A DNA stretch of 28,279 bases, taken from IMG/VR virus record IMGVR_UViG_3300009285_004753, positions 1-28,279 of that record; one strand, 5' to 3'. The translations under genes were made by a program, and so were the position numbers. This DNA is from a virus. Below are positions 1 through 8,154 of this stretch, piece after piece (position 1 is the stretch's first letter; each line of letters opens with the position of its first letter). Under the pieces are notes generated by a model. That model was not told where the DNA came from. It worked only from the letters and a program-made list of their open reading frames with translations, and did no database searches.

Positions 1-352
1 CCTCCATGCGCTCCCACGCTGCGATACTGCTCTGCCGGTACTCGGGGATCATGCGACGCTTGCTGGCGTCGTACAGGGTCGCCAGGCCCCGCGAGAGACG
101 GGCGGCACGCTGTGAGGGGTCGGGCATCGTCAGCGCCTCCGGCTCGCTCGCCAGCCGCGGCCACGTCTCCCCTCCCCCGGGCACGACCACGCCGTCCACC
201 GTGAGGCCCCGGTCCTCCTGATAGGCCCGCACGCAGCGGTCGAGCTCCGTGTCGAAGATCGCGCCGCCAGTCCCCACCCCGTACCCCGCGCGCTGCATCA
301 GACCCCGCAGTGCGATCACATCGCCATCCACATCATGCAGTCTGAGTCTCAT
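1..352 (-). CDS. Peptidoglycan-binding domain protein (putative endolysin/cell-wall hydrolase), 3'-truncated by window edge
   Basis: Not in ORF track. My translation from ATG at 352 (ATGA overlap with upstream stop) is open to the edge: MRLRLHDVDGDVIALRGLMQRAGYGVGTGGAIFDTELDRCVRAYQEDRGLTVDGVVVPGGGETWPRL..., a PG_binding_1-like pattern (FD..T/L...VR.YQ...GL.VDG.V...TW..L). Confidence 0.8.
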   Translation of the reverse strand, partial: MRLRLHDVDGDVIALRGLMQRAGYGVGTGGAIFDTELDRCVRAYQEDRGLTVDGVVVPGGGETWPRLASEPEALTMPDPSQRAARLSRGLATLYDASKRRMIPEYRQSSIAAWERME

Positions 353-717
353 GCGTCCACCTCCTCGTTGTTGGCCGCCGTCACCACCACGCCGTGCTTC
401 GCCGGGCACCATCCCGGCCGTCGTTGCTCGTCCCCCATCGCCCTTGCGTCCGCGAGCTCGCAGACTTCGGCGTGCGGGCCGCTCTCGATCGTGCCGAACA
501 GCCCGTTCAGCACCCCGAGCAACCCGACTCTGCACGGGTACACGTCCTTCGTCTCGGGATCGGTGTTCTGTCCGCACTGAACTGTCGGGTGGTCGCCGAG
601 CGCGTTACCGCACGGCACCCTCGCATCGACCAGCAACGACACCGCCATCGGGTCCACAGCAACCATGCTGTTCAACAGATCGATCACGTCTTGTGCTGTC
701 ACACTCTTCTTGATCAT
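349..717 (-). CDS. Hypothetical phage protein
   Basis: 122 aa ORF, GAGG SD, coupled to the next gene; globular-looking with RVPC..HPTVQC and GLLGVLNGLFG segments. Confidence 0.7.
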   Translation of the reverse strand: MIKKSVTAQDVIDLLNSMVAVDPMAVSLLVDARVPCGNALGDHPTVQCGQNTDPETKDVYPCRVGLLGVLNGLFGTIESGPHAEVCELADARAMGDEQRRPGWCPAKHGVVVTAANNEEVDA

Positions 718-753
718 GTTAGCCTCTGTGCTGGTGTAATCTTGTCATGCACG

Positions 754-1590
754 TCACCATTCGACCGAGCCTTCGTGCCACTCGGAGCCGGCCACAACCT
801 GCAGCGACCGTACATCAGCGTACCACCCGTCCATCGAGCCGTTGTCATTAAATCTATTCATCACAACATACGGCTCTTCATACTGATTCACGTATCCACG
901 GTTTCCCGGAACAAGCGACTCCAACCTCTCGCGAATCCCGAGAAACGCCGAGTCCAGCCGCCGCTCTCTTGCGTCGCACCCTACACGCGGGTTCATCCCG
1001 GCATACCAAGCGATCCATGCACCGAGCTTGTCGGGCCACTTGGACTCCGGGCAGTGCTTAGGAGCGTAGGTTGTAGCCAGGTGCAGAATCACCTGCGACA
1101 TCACCTCGCTGGCACACTGCCACGAGATAGCGCATTCAGGTCCGCGCTGTTCCCCCGTGAACTTGCCGAACCAACTGATCCAGCGCCAGCCCCGGATCGA
1201 GTACGTGGCGCCGTCTGGCAGTGTTCTCTTCCGCGCCGGCTGTCGCAGGGCGAACGGGCCTAAGTCGAGTCGGTCCTTCCAGTACTGCTTGCATTTCCCG
1301 CTCGAACAGGACAACTGCTTCACACAGGTCAAAGTTACATTGCCGTTCTCATCGGGTTCGTTGATCCTCCACTCACCACAGTAACTCAACGAAGTCTCGA
1401 TCCCGCGGGATTCTTCAAAAATCACCGCCGCTATGATGTACGGAGACTCTCCCGTTTCACCCGCAACGTAGATCACCCACTTCCATGCCTCTACTGGAAG
1501 CCCCGCCCTCCAGTCCGGCTGTCGCGGAATCCAGTCCGGCGTAACCGACACCATAAAAGACAGCATCAAAGTGAGGAACACTCCGTACAT
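754..1590 (-). CDS. Secreted/membrane-anchored lytic transglycosylase (SLT/lysozyme-like) protein
   Basis: Hydrophobic N-terminus (MYGVFLTLMLSFMVSV); SLT-like catalytic helix YIIAAVIFEESRG, then DLGPFAL (cf. D.GLMQ) and a downstream AWYAG; GGGGG SD. Confidence 0.6.
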   Translation of the reverse strand: MYGVFLTLMLSFMVSVTPDWIPRQPDWRAGLPVEAWKWVIYVAGETGESPYIIAAVIFEESRGIETSLSYCGEWRINEPDENGNVTLTCVKQLSCSSGKCKQYWKDRLDLGPFALRQPARKRTLPDGATYSIRGWRWISWFGKFTGEQRGPECAISWQCASEVMSQVILHLATTYAPKHCPESKWPDKLGAWIAWYAGMNPRVGCDARERRLDSAFLGIRERLESLVPGNRGYVNQYEEPYVVMNRFNDNGSMDGWYADVRSLQVVAGSEWHEGSVEW

Positions 1591-1613
1591 AACACCCCCA
1601 ACACGCCGGTACC

Positions 1614-2144
1614 CTATTCCTCAAACCGGAAGACACCCCATCTACCGCGCCTGAACTCAGCAAGCCTTACACTGACTGCGCGGGCAATAATGGGAGACGT
1701 CGTTGCCGTGTAGATCGCAACCCTCCGTCCAGACAACATCTCAGCGACCCGGCGAACATCGCCATCGACATTCTTGCACATCGCAGTGTTCACGCTCACC
1801 GCCTTCAGGTCCGGATCGCGGGGGTCAGAGACAAGCGCAAACTGATCGGCTTTCGCGGCGAACACCAGGGCATTGACCGAGAGCGCGGACGCCCCCAGGA
1901 GTTCAAGCAGAGCAGCCTTCAGGTCAACGCCAACCGGGGCTTTCGGCTGAGCAAGCATCTTCGCAATCTCGGATTCAAGAAACTCAACGCGGGCCATCGA
2001 CGCCTGCAATGCACGGAGCACGGAGCCGAGCGTTTCTTCGCACTCACGAATCTCTCGCGGCATAATCACAATCGTTCCACGGTCTGGGGCAGTCAACTGA
2101 TCGAGCGCATCTAAACATTTCGCAATTCGCTCTTTCGTCCACAT
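1614..2144 (-). CDS. Hypothetical protein
   Basis: 176 aa ORF, 1 nt from upstream stop; short coiled-coil-like segment. Confidence 0.7.
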   Translation of the reverse strand: MWTKERIAKCLDALDQLTAPDRGTIVIMPREIRECEETLGSVLRALQASMARVEFLESEIAKMLAQPKAPVGVDLKAALLELLGASALSVNALVFAAKADQFALVSDPRDPDLKAVSVNTAMCKNVDGDVRRVAEMLSGRRVAIYTATTSPIIARAVSVRLAEFRRGRWGVFRFEE

Positions 2145-2145
2145 C

Positions 2146-2652
2146 TCAGTCCACCTTCGGCTCCCCGGTGAGCGCTACAATCTCAGCGTACTCTCTGGAA
2201 ACCTTCCCGCTTTGCACCAGGTAAGACAGCAAGCGAGTAACGCTCAGTGACTGCGGGTGCGTTATTCGCTGCAGCAGTGCCAACTGGCACAACCAAACAG
2301 CAGTCCGCGCCGCTTTTGTACCGGCGGGACTACCCGCTTTACGACGAGCAGAACGTAACTCGGTATCAATCGCCGCCTGAAGATCACGTCCATCTGCCGC
2401 CGTCTCAGCGACCACGTTGAAGAGGTCGGCACAGTAGAGCAGCACAGCAAGAATGTCCTGTTGTTCTACTTTACCTGACTCGACGCACAGCGCAAAATTG
2501 CGGAGAGACAACGACAGCGAGGGAGCAGACGCGTTGAACCTTCGCCGTATCCCGTCGGCGCGATCTAACGCTCGGCGGGCAGCGTCATCGACGTTCTTCC
2601 CGCTTGATACCGCCAACAGTAATGACGATAGACCCGACCACCAAGGCTTCAT
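2146..2652 (-). CDS. Hypothetical helical protein
   Basis: ORF track gives 2146..2673; start moved to ATG 2652 (MKPWW), which has a GGGGG SD and lies downstream of the promoter motif overlapping the 2673 ATG. Confidence 0.65.
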   Translation of the reverse strand: MKPWWSGLSSLLLAVSSGKNVDDAARRALDRADGIRRRFNASAPSLSLSLRNFALCVESGKVEQQDILAVLLYCADLFNVVAETAADGRDLQAAIDTELRSARRKAGSPAGTKAARTAVWLCQLALLQRITHPQSLSVTRLLSYLVQSGKVSREYAEIVALTGEPKVD

Positions 2653-2672
2653 GCCCACCCCCACAAATAGCA

Positions 2673-2696
2673 TATACCGCGATCATCGTGTATCAA
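2673..2696 (-). promoter_or_regulatory. Putative phage promoter, motif copy 1 (TTGATA-N10-GCGGTATA)
   Basis: Same core and spacing as the copies at 7143, 13138 and 18480. Confidence 0.55.
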
Positions 2697-3121
2697 GCAA
2701 TCAAGCGGCGGGAAGACATCAACTTCCGCATAATGACGGCCTCAATCTGTCTCACACGTTCACGGGTCATTGCCAGGACAGCAGCAACACCGTCCAAAGT
2801 GAGGCCCCCGATCTCGGCGACATCCAGCGCACAGGTCCAGGGCCGGCATTCCAACGGCGGCAACGTTTTGCTCCCAACGATCTGTATACCACGGGACAGT
2901 GTGTCAAGATACAGATGATACCTGCACCCAACCCACGGACACGGACGCGGCCCGCAAACACACTCACCTCGAACACGCGGCCGAGGTATGTCACGCCAGC
3001 CTTCGGGCTCAAGCTGCTTACCAGTATCAACTTCATCGCGCTTCAGCTTGCCGAGTCGTGTTGTCGATTGCCGCGTATGATACCTGCTATTCCTTACGGC
3101 GCACTCCTGTGCTTTCTTCAT
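2693..3121 (-). CDS. Cys-rich Zn-binding plus sigma70 region-4 HTH DNA-binding protein
   Basis: C-terminal GLTLDGVAAVLAMTRERVRQIEAVIMRKL is a classic sigma70 r4.2 HTH; preceded by ECVCGPRPCPWVGCRYHLYLD...TCALDVAE. Start uncertain (3121 has a GAGGAG SD; 3133 or 3184 possible). Confidence 0.85.
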   Translation of the reverse strand: MKKAQECAVRNSRYHTRQSTTRLGKLKRDEVDTGKQLEPEGWRDIPRPRVRGECVCGPRPCPWVGCRYHLYLDTLSRGIQIVGSKTLPPLECRPWTCALDVAEIGGLTLDGVAAVLAMTRERVRQIEAVIMRKLMSSRRLIA

Positions 3122-3350
3122 TCTTCTCCTCATTCTCAAAACAGCCCATCTGCCGGAGTGCCTCGGTCCAAGCGGCCCGAGCAACCTGTTTTACCCACTG
3201 CGTCTTGACCCCTGTTCCCGCCCACCAGGTCTCAAAGGCATCCACAGGCTCCGGTGCCTTGAACTGCGTACCGCTCGGCATCTTAGACATTTCCTGCGGT
3301 GTCATCCTGCGAAGATCAACACCAACCGGGTCTTTCTTCGGCCGTGTCAT
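3087..3350 (-). CDS. Small hypothetical phage protein
   Basis: ATG 3350 with GAGGT SD just after the PAPS-like gene; AFETWW...ARAAW pattern typical of small phage proteins. Confidence 0.6.
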   Translation of the reverse strand: MTRPKKDPVGVDLRRMTPQEMSKMPSGTQFKAPEPVDAFETWWAGTGVKTQWVKQVARAAWTEALRQMGCFENEEKNEESTGVRRKE

Positions 3351-3360
3351 ACCGCACCTC

Positions 3361-4260
3361 CTACGCCCAGGGTATGCCACAATAATCCAGTACCTCAGCC
3401 ATACCCAGTCGAAGCATCCCGTACTCCCACAACTTCGGATGCGTCTTGTAGAGCAACTGAAACCGATTCGGCGGCTTTTCCAGATGCGCCCCGAAGCCGC
3501 ACAGTACACAGCCGGTCCGCCGATAGCCCATCGCGTAGATCTCCGGGAGTGCGATGTTGTGCAGGCGGATGTACTCCCACACGTCAGCCTCGGTCCAGAT
3601 GGCCAGGGGGACCGAACGAGGCCGCTTCAAATCAAACATGTTGCAGCCGTTGAGAACCCACTGCGTTTGTCGGTTTTTCGACTCCGCAACCCTTGAACCA
3701 ACAAACGGAACGTATCCGTGTTCCTTGTGCCACTTGTCCAGCGGACCAGTCTTCAGCGAATGGCAACACTTCTCTGACACCAGAAACGGGGCGCTCAGCA
3801 ATCGGTGCCACTTCTTGCTGAGAAAAAACTTCGACTTCTCCCCGTTGGGTCGTATCCCGTCCAAACGCAGCCGACGCAGTGCGGCACTGTGAGTTACACG
3901 GAGTTCCCGCACCCACTGCGCCTGTTCCTTGCTTATCACCGGCCAGCCGTCTTCGACAACCACCTGGTGAAACGGCTTGAACGGGCGCAGGATAACGGAA
4001 CCCCGCTCCCGGTGGAATCGCCGTACCTCGGGGAACTCGACGCCCGTGTCAGCGTACACGCTCGGCACATCGGGATAGAGCGAGCGCACCAGGTGTTCCA
4101 GCACTAGCGAGTCCTTGCCGCTCACGCTCACAGCCGCCTTGCCGTCGTGTATCTCGTACCACTCACGAATCAGCGTCTCACTATGCCGGATCTTCGCGGC
4201 TAACGGCCACGCCAGCCGCTGCGCCAGGAACATCTTGCGCGCTAACGCGTTCTCGTCCAT
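3361..4260 (-). CDS. PAPS-reductase-family (PP-loop, Cys-cluster) protein
   Basis: VSVSGKDS (PP-loop), DTGVEFPE, KCCHSLK..P, GSRVAES..R, PLAIWTEADVWEYI, GYRRTGCVLC. Confidence 0.9.
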   Translation of the reverse strand: MDENALARKMFLAQRLAWPLAAKIRHSETLIREWYEIHDGKAAVSVSGKDSLVLEHLVRSLYPDVPSVYADTGVEFPEVRRFHRERGSVILRPFKPFHQVVVEDGWPVISKEQAQWVRELRVTHSAALRRLRLDGIRPNGEKSKFFLSKKWHRLLSAPFLVSEKCCHSLKTGPLDKWHKEHGYVPFVGSRVAESKNRQTQWVLNGCNMFDLKRPRSVPLAIWTEADVWEYIRLHNIALPEIYAMGYRRTGCVLCGFGAHLEKPPNRFQLLYKTHPKLWEYGMLRLGMAEVLDYCGIPWA

Positions 4261-4316
4261 CCATCACTCCAGCACTTCAGTAACAAGCAGCATCACAACA
4301 CGGACGGCGCGCGAAC

Positions 4317-4586
4317 CTATTTGTACGACTTGTCATGTTCCGAGTCGGCCTGCCCCCGTTCACAGATCAACTGGCGGGCGTAGACGGCAGCATCCAACAG
4401 TTCCTGGTACAGGTCCACAAGAGCGTCCCTGCCGTTAAAAGGCTGCAGCGGTGTCCCGTACCGCTTGATACCCACGACACGGCGGTCCGCCATGTCCTTC
4501 AACACAAGCCGCCACACATCAGGCTTCTTTGTGTCCTCGGCCGACGGCGGTGGCTGATCCAGAATCGGAGTATCGGAGTCGGTCAT
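4317..4586 (-). CDS. Small all-alpha protein, putative MazG-like NTP pyrophosphohydrolase
   Basis: R...GIKRYGTPLQPFNGRDALVDLYQELLDAAVY with an E-x-x-D acidic helix motif; start at ATG 4586 with GAGG SD. Function is inference. Confidence 0.55.
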   Translation of the reverse strand: MTDSDTPILDQPPPSAEDTKKPDVWRLVLKDMADRRVVGIKRYGTPLQPFNGRDALVDLYQELLDAAVYARQLICERGQADSEHDKSYK

Positions 4587-4705
4587 CACTTCCTCCGCGC
4601 GGAACACTGCTGCCGTTCCAGCGCCCGAACAGCGGAACGGGTGCAGCGGAGAGCCCAGATCTCGACCACGCGCCACATGCACCAGTCCCACGCACGCTGC
4701 ATCAT
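4586..4705 (-). CDS. Possible 39-aa Trp-rich peptide
   Basis: MMQRAWDWCMWRVVEIWALR... exactly fills the gap, with GGAGG upstream and TGATG coupling to the next gene. Confidence 0.35.
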   Translation of the reverse strand: MMQRAWDWCMWRVVEIWALRCTRSAVRALERQQCSARRK

Positions 4706-4706
4706 G

Positions 4707-5111
4707 TCAGCCTCCCGCGATCCGCGGCCCCTGCGACAGGATCTGCCGCAGATCCGACTCAGACGCAGCAACAACGGTATTCTGCTGCAGCGCCACCAAG
4801 CACTGCCGCGCACCGGCGCACAACGACGACACCACGGCCTCAATCACCGGAGTCCGCGTCGTCAGGTCCACATCTGTCGGAAGCTGCTTGCGGAGCAGTG
4901 TGTTGATCAGGATAGCGCTACCGACCGACTGCGGCGGACCGTCAGCCGAGACGGTCTGTGCGACGGTAGACGCAGCGAGCATCCCGGCAGAAAGCATCTG
5001 CGCGTCTCGCGGCGTCAGTACCGACCCGTCAGGGAGTACCTTCGTGAACCACGGCAGCGGCGTTATCGTCGTCTGCACCACTTCAGGCCCTGTTTTCAGT
5101 TGATCAGCCAT
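4707..5111 (-). CDS. Hypothetical protein
   Basis: ATG 5111 (MADQLKTG) with GGAGG SD, overlapping the upstream stop. Confidence 0.65.
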   Translation of the reverse strand: MADQLKTGPEVVQTTITPLPWFTKVLPDGSVLTPRDAQMLSAGMLAASTVAQTVSADGPPQSVGSAILINTLLRKQLPTDVDLTTRTPVIEAVVSSLCAGARQCLVALQQNTVVAASESDLRQILSQGPRIAGG

Positions 5112-5331
5112 GTCTATCCTCCGTGTGAAACACACTCGACCAGTACTCGTCACGCCCGTCCGCCATTCGCCCACTGACCCATCCCGCAGCACACATCATC
5201 TGCATCAACGCAGTGACTAGGCCGTCATCATGCGCGCACAGGTCGGCGAGTTCCGCCCCCGTAACGTGCTCCAGCGTCTGTAGCACGCGCAACCAACGAA
5301 TACCAGCCTGTGCTGTAGAATTAGCAATCAC
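5104..5331 (-). CDS. Small hypothetical protein, possibly winged-helix-like
   Basis: GTGA-coupled start; VTGAELADL...LMQMMCAAGWV resembles a wHTH. Confidence 0.5.
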   Translation of the reverse strand: MIANSTAQAGIRWLRVLQTLEHVTGAELADLCAHDDGLVTALMQMMCAAGWVSGRMADGRDEYWSSVFHTEDRHG

Positions 5332-5588
5332 GCCGACACTACCTCATCCATGAAGACGATGATCTGCTCCAACTCTTGGCGCATGACCAGCAGAGTATTG
5401 CACCGAGCACCCCATTCTGCCCGAGCATGACCGAATGCTAGCGCACCCTGTGGATAGTAATCCCGCGCATTCGGATACGCCGCCTGTACTTTCTCTAAAG
5501 CCAAACGAAGAGAGTCACTCGCCTCTGTTAGTTGGCGCATCAACTCCTCCCTGCTCGTACCGTTCAAATGTACAGTCGGAACCATCAT
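5328..5588 (-). CDS. Hypothetical phage protein
   Basis: 86 aa with PTVHLNGTSREEL and PNARDYYPQG motifs; GGGGG SD. Confidence 0.7.
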   Translation of the reverse strand: MMVPTVHLNGTSREELMRQLTEASDSLRLALEKVQAAYPNARDYYPQGALAFGHARAEWGARCNTLLVMRQELEQIIVFMDEVVSA

Positions 5589-5626
5589 GCCAGCTTACCC
5601 CCATATTATCCCTAATCCGTCACGCG

Positions 5627-6145
5627 TTACCACTTCAATGCTCCAGCCTGAGCATCTTCGACTAACTGCTCTTCCGCCGGAAGTATGTCATCCACGTTTT
5701 CCAAGAACCAGTCCCAATATTCTGCATCCGAGGCAACTGCATCTGCAAGAAACTCGCCGTCATGCTTACCGAACCGAATGACGATCCGCCCCTTGTCATC
5801 CTGATAGAACCGGCGGCTATGCATCAGACCAGCATAGAGACTGGCGGTAGGCTTCTTAACGATCCGGCGCAGCGGCGGGCGTTCAGACTTCGTCGTCGGC
5901 AGACAACTGGCCAACGCCCGCACTTCCTGCTGTACTGTACGCATGTCAGACAGGAATGTCGGCTGCTTCTCCAGGTCAAGTGCCACCCGCATCACATCTT
6001 CCCGTGTCTTCGCATCCAGCAATGTGCACAATACCGCCTCGTGCGCTGCCTGCATTTCTGCCATACTGACACTAACCTCAGTCCGGACAGCCTCGGCCTG
6101 CCGCCGGACCTCTGCTATCAACCCGTCTACGAAATCGTCGAGCAC
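5627..6145 (-). CDS. Coiled-coil protein with C-terminal FGKH domain (DUF3820/ExoX C-terminal-like)
   Basis: IRFGKHDGEFLADAVASDAEYWDWFL; start moved to GTG 6145, just after the methyltransferase stop. Confidence 0.65.
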   Translation of the reverse strand: MLDDFVDGLIAEVRRQAEAVRTEVSVSMAEMQAAHEAVLCTLLDAKTREDVMRVALDLEKQPTFLSDMRTVQQEVRALASCLPTTKSERPPLRRIVKKPTASLYAGLMHSRRFYQDDKGRIVIRFGKHDGEFLADAVASDAEYWDWFLENVDDILPAEEQLVEDAQAGALKW

Positions 6146-6146
6146 G

Positions 6147-6704
6147 TTACACCATTCCGAGATCAATGCAGTCCAGGGCAAACGTCGCCTCTTGCTCCGG
6201 GCTCTTGAAGATGCGGCTGATTCTCGGACCCATGGCGTCTTCCACCGACAGTACGCGCCCAGGGTATACCAACACCGCAGACCCGAAGAACGGCGTCTTG
6301 GTCTTGATACCTGTGGGCGAGGTATATGAGATCCGTCCGCACGTGAAGTAGATCTCGGGAGCACACATAGCGTACTGCTGCCACCAGAGCGTGTCGGTCC
6401 GAGCAAAAACCAACGCGACAACAAAGGTGCCCCGCGCCGCCTCAGTGTAGATCTTCTCCATCCACTGCCCTGTCTCTGCCGAGTACGGCGGGTTGATGAA
6501 GACCCGGTGGCCCTTCCACGATTGCACGAGACCGTTGTCAGCTTCTGTGAAAAACTTCTTGCATTTCGCGTTGCTGGACGTAGCTGCCGGATCAAGAGTA
6601 AACGGCCCCCACCGCAGGTTCAACTGCCCGTAGAACGGATCGGGCGTCCCGTAACAAACAGAACCGTCAGCCGTCATCGCATCCAGCATATCACTAATCG
6701 GCAT
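6147..6704 (-). CDS. Phage DNA N6-adenine methyltransferase (phage Dam-type family)
   Basis: YGTPDPFY, LDPAA, DNGLVQSW, FINPPYS (motif IV), ARTDT.WW. Confidence 0.9.
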   Translation of the reverse strand: MPISDMLDAMTADGSVCYGTPDPFYGQLNLRWGPFTLDPAATSSNAKCKKFFTEADNGLVQSWKGHRVFINPPYSAETGQWMEKIYTEAARGTFVVALVFARTDTLWWQQYAMCAPEIYFTCGRISYTSPTGIKTKTPFFGSAVLVYPGRVLSVEDAMGPRISRIFKSPEQEATFALDCIDLGMV

Positions 6705-6734
6705 GGGGTCACTCCTGCGCCGTCAGTCTGTTTA

Positions 6735-7118
6735 TCATGGCACCGCCTCATCGCGGCCCCCAGGGTACAGCCGAACCACGTTCGCCTGATACGGGTCGAG
6801 TTCGTCAATCGCTACCGGGACCAGCCCCGCGCAAGAAAACACGGGAAAATAGATACAGGCTCTGTGTTCCCCGAACCTACCGAGCGTCACTCCCCACCCC
6901 GGCAGCTTGCCTGTGAAAAACAGTTCGCGGCAGTACGACGATACATCGCTCATCCACGCCTGTATCGTACCGGAATACCCACCAGTCGCCTCTTCTTCGC
7001 CGCCCAACTGCTCAATCACTGCTGTGGCAAGAGCATGCCCTGTGAACGGAACGCCGGCATCGAGAAACATCTGGCTCAATACCTTCATCACCATTTCTCT
7101 GTTCGTCTCGGTCAGCAT
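6735..7118 (-). CDS. Hypothetical protein
   Basis: 127 aa with GGAGG SD, directly downstream of the promoter motif. Confidence 0.7.
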   Translation of the reverse strand: MLTETNREMVMKVLSQMFLDAGVPFTGHALATAVIEQLGGEEEATGGYSGTIQAWMSDVSSYCRELFFTGKLPGWGVTLGRFGEHRACIYFPVFSCAGLVPVAIDELDPYQANVVRLYPGGRDEAVP

Positions 7119-7142
7119 CGCTGCCTCCCATTACACACGTTA

Positions 7143-7166
7143 TATACCGCGGAACCAGTAAACCAT
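7143..7166 (-). promoter_or_regulatory. Putative phage promoter, motif copy 2 (ATGGTT-N10-GCGGTATA)
   Basis: Intergenic; followed by TAACGTGTG and GGAGG, as in the copy at 18480. Confidence 0.6.
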
Positions 7167-7171
7167 CACAA

Positions 7172-7276
7172 CTACTTTCCGCGTTCACTACCTTTAGAGT
7201 ATTCGCGCTTGCTTGCTCTCGCGGCAGCCGCCAGTCGGCCCAGATTCAGTCGGGCGACGACATCTCTGACCCTCAC
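7172..7276 (-). CDS. Possible 34-aa basic peptide
   Basis: GTGA-coupled to the upstream gene and fills the gap; short, so weakly supported. Confidence 0.3.
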   Translation of the reverse strand: MRVRDVVARLNLGRLAAAARASKREYSKGSERGK

Positions 7277-7512
7277 GGCACCGTCTCCCCGCGCCGGAGA
7301 GTGGCGTCGGGTTCGTATGGGCGCACCTGTGACGCATCGAAGATGGTCCCGTTGTAGTGCGGTGTAAGACTTCGAGATTCGAGCCACACCGACACGGCCA
7401 CGGCATCCGAATAGGTGGGTGCGCCCATCCGCTGGTAAATGACGGCGCCTTGCTCCTCTGAGCCGTCAGTCAGGGTTACGAGCACCCGCTGATGCTGTCT
7501 AAAAGTTGCCAT
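7273..7512 (-). CDS. Small beta-rich (SH3-like) hypothetical protein
   Basis: F..HQRVLV...G.V pattern; GGGGG SD. Confidence 0.6.
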   Translation of the reverse strand: MATFRQHQRVLVTLTDGSEEQGAVIYQRMGAPTYSDAVAVSVWLESRSLTPHYNGTIFDASQVRPYEPDATLRRGETVP

Positions 7513-7795
7513 GCCTCACCCCCTCGATGTCCACGAGACTGAGCACCACCACCACCACCGACTCTGCCGGGTTGCGGAACACCAGCGCGCTGGGCGGCGC
7601 TACCCTGTGCGAATACTTCTTGAATGAGCGCCATCCGCACCTGTAAAGATCTCGGATTGCCCAGGCAAGATCCAGTTCGGACGGGTCGGGTGACAAATCA
7701 AAACTTGCACCCCAGAACAGATCGGTTACGTCGATTGCCGGGAAAGCGGGGTCATTGGTGTCTACCTGCGTTGCTCTTATCGTGCTCGGTTTCAT
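7499..7795 (-). CDS. Hypothetical protein
   Basis: ATG 7795 in ATGA overlap with the upstream stop. Confidence 0.55.
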   Translation of the reverse strand: MKPSTIRATQVDTNDPAFPAIDVTDLFWGASFDLSPDPSELDLAWAIRDLYRCGWRSFKKYSHRVAPPSALVFRNPAESVVVVVLSLVDIEGVRHGNF

Positions 7796-8136
7796 GGCAC
7801 CACACCCCCCCTGCGTGCACACAGCCCAGCCGCTACTGTTGCAACAGCACGACCCAAGTGTGAAAGAACGAACACACTGTCTTCACCCGGCGCAATCGGG
7901 TCCAGCAAACAACAGCGCACAAGCCGGTCCACAAGGCCGCAACTGACCTTCTGGTACACAGGCCGCGTCGGTGTAGACTCTGCCGTCCTCCAGAGCGCGC
8001 GTCGCCGGTGTGACACGGACAACCAAGTACGCGAGAACGAGATTGAACCGCCCGCCACCAACCCTGACAAAAGGGCCAGCGCTTCAGGCGTTATTTTCGC
8101 CGCTAACGACTCGGCCTTACCTTGTTGACAGCGCAC
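7792..8136 (-). CDS. Hypothetical protein
   Basis: 114 aa, poly-G SD, tiles with neighbours. Confidence 0.55.
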   Translation of the reverse strand: MRCQQGKAESLAAKITPEALALLSGLVAGGSISFSRTWLSVSHRRRALWRTAESTPTRPVYQKVSCGLVDRLVRCCLLDPIAPGEDSVFVLSHLGRAVATVAAGLCARRGGVVP

Positions 8137-8154
8137 CCTATATCCCCCCGGCGT

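Noticed and set aside
2885-2908. Sixth GTGGTATA copy with nearby TTGACA
   Set aside because: Intragenic and offset by one base from the conserved spacing; compatible with chance.
3361-4260. Calling this cysH or dndC
   Set aside because: No ECGLH tail and no cys/dnd/ssp partner genes; only family-level assignment is supported.
5589-5626. AGGGATAAT as another promoter motif copy
   Set aside because: Poor core match and no upstream element at the conserved distance.
6146-6595. Long N-terminal extension of ORF 5627..6595
   Set aside because: Fully overlaps the methyltransferase in another frame with Arg/Ser-rich shadow composition.
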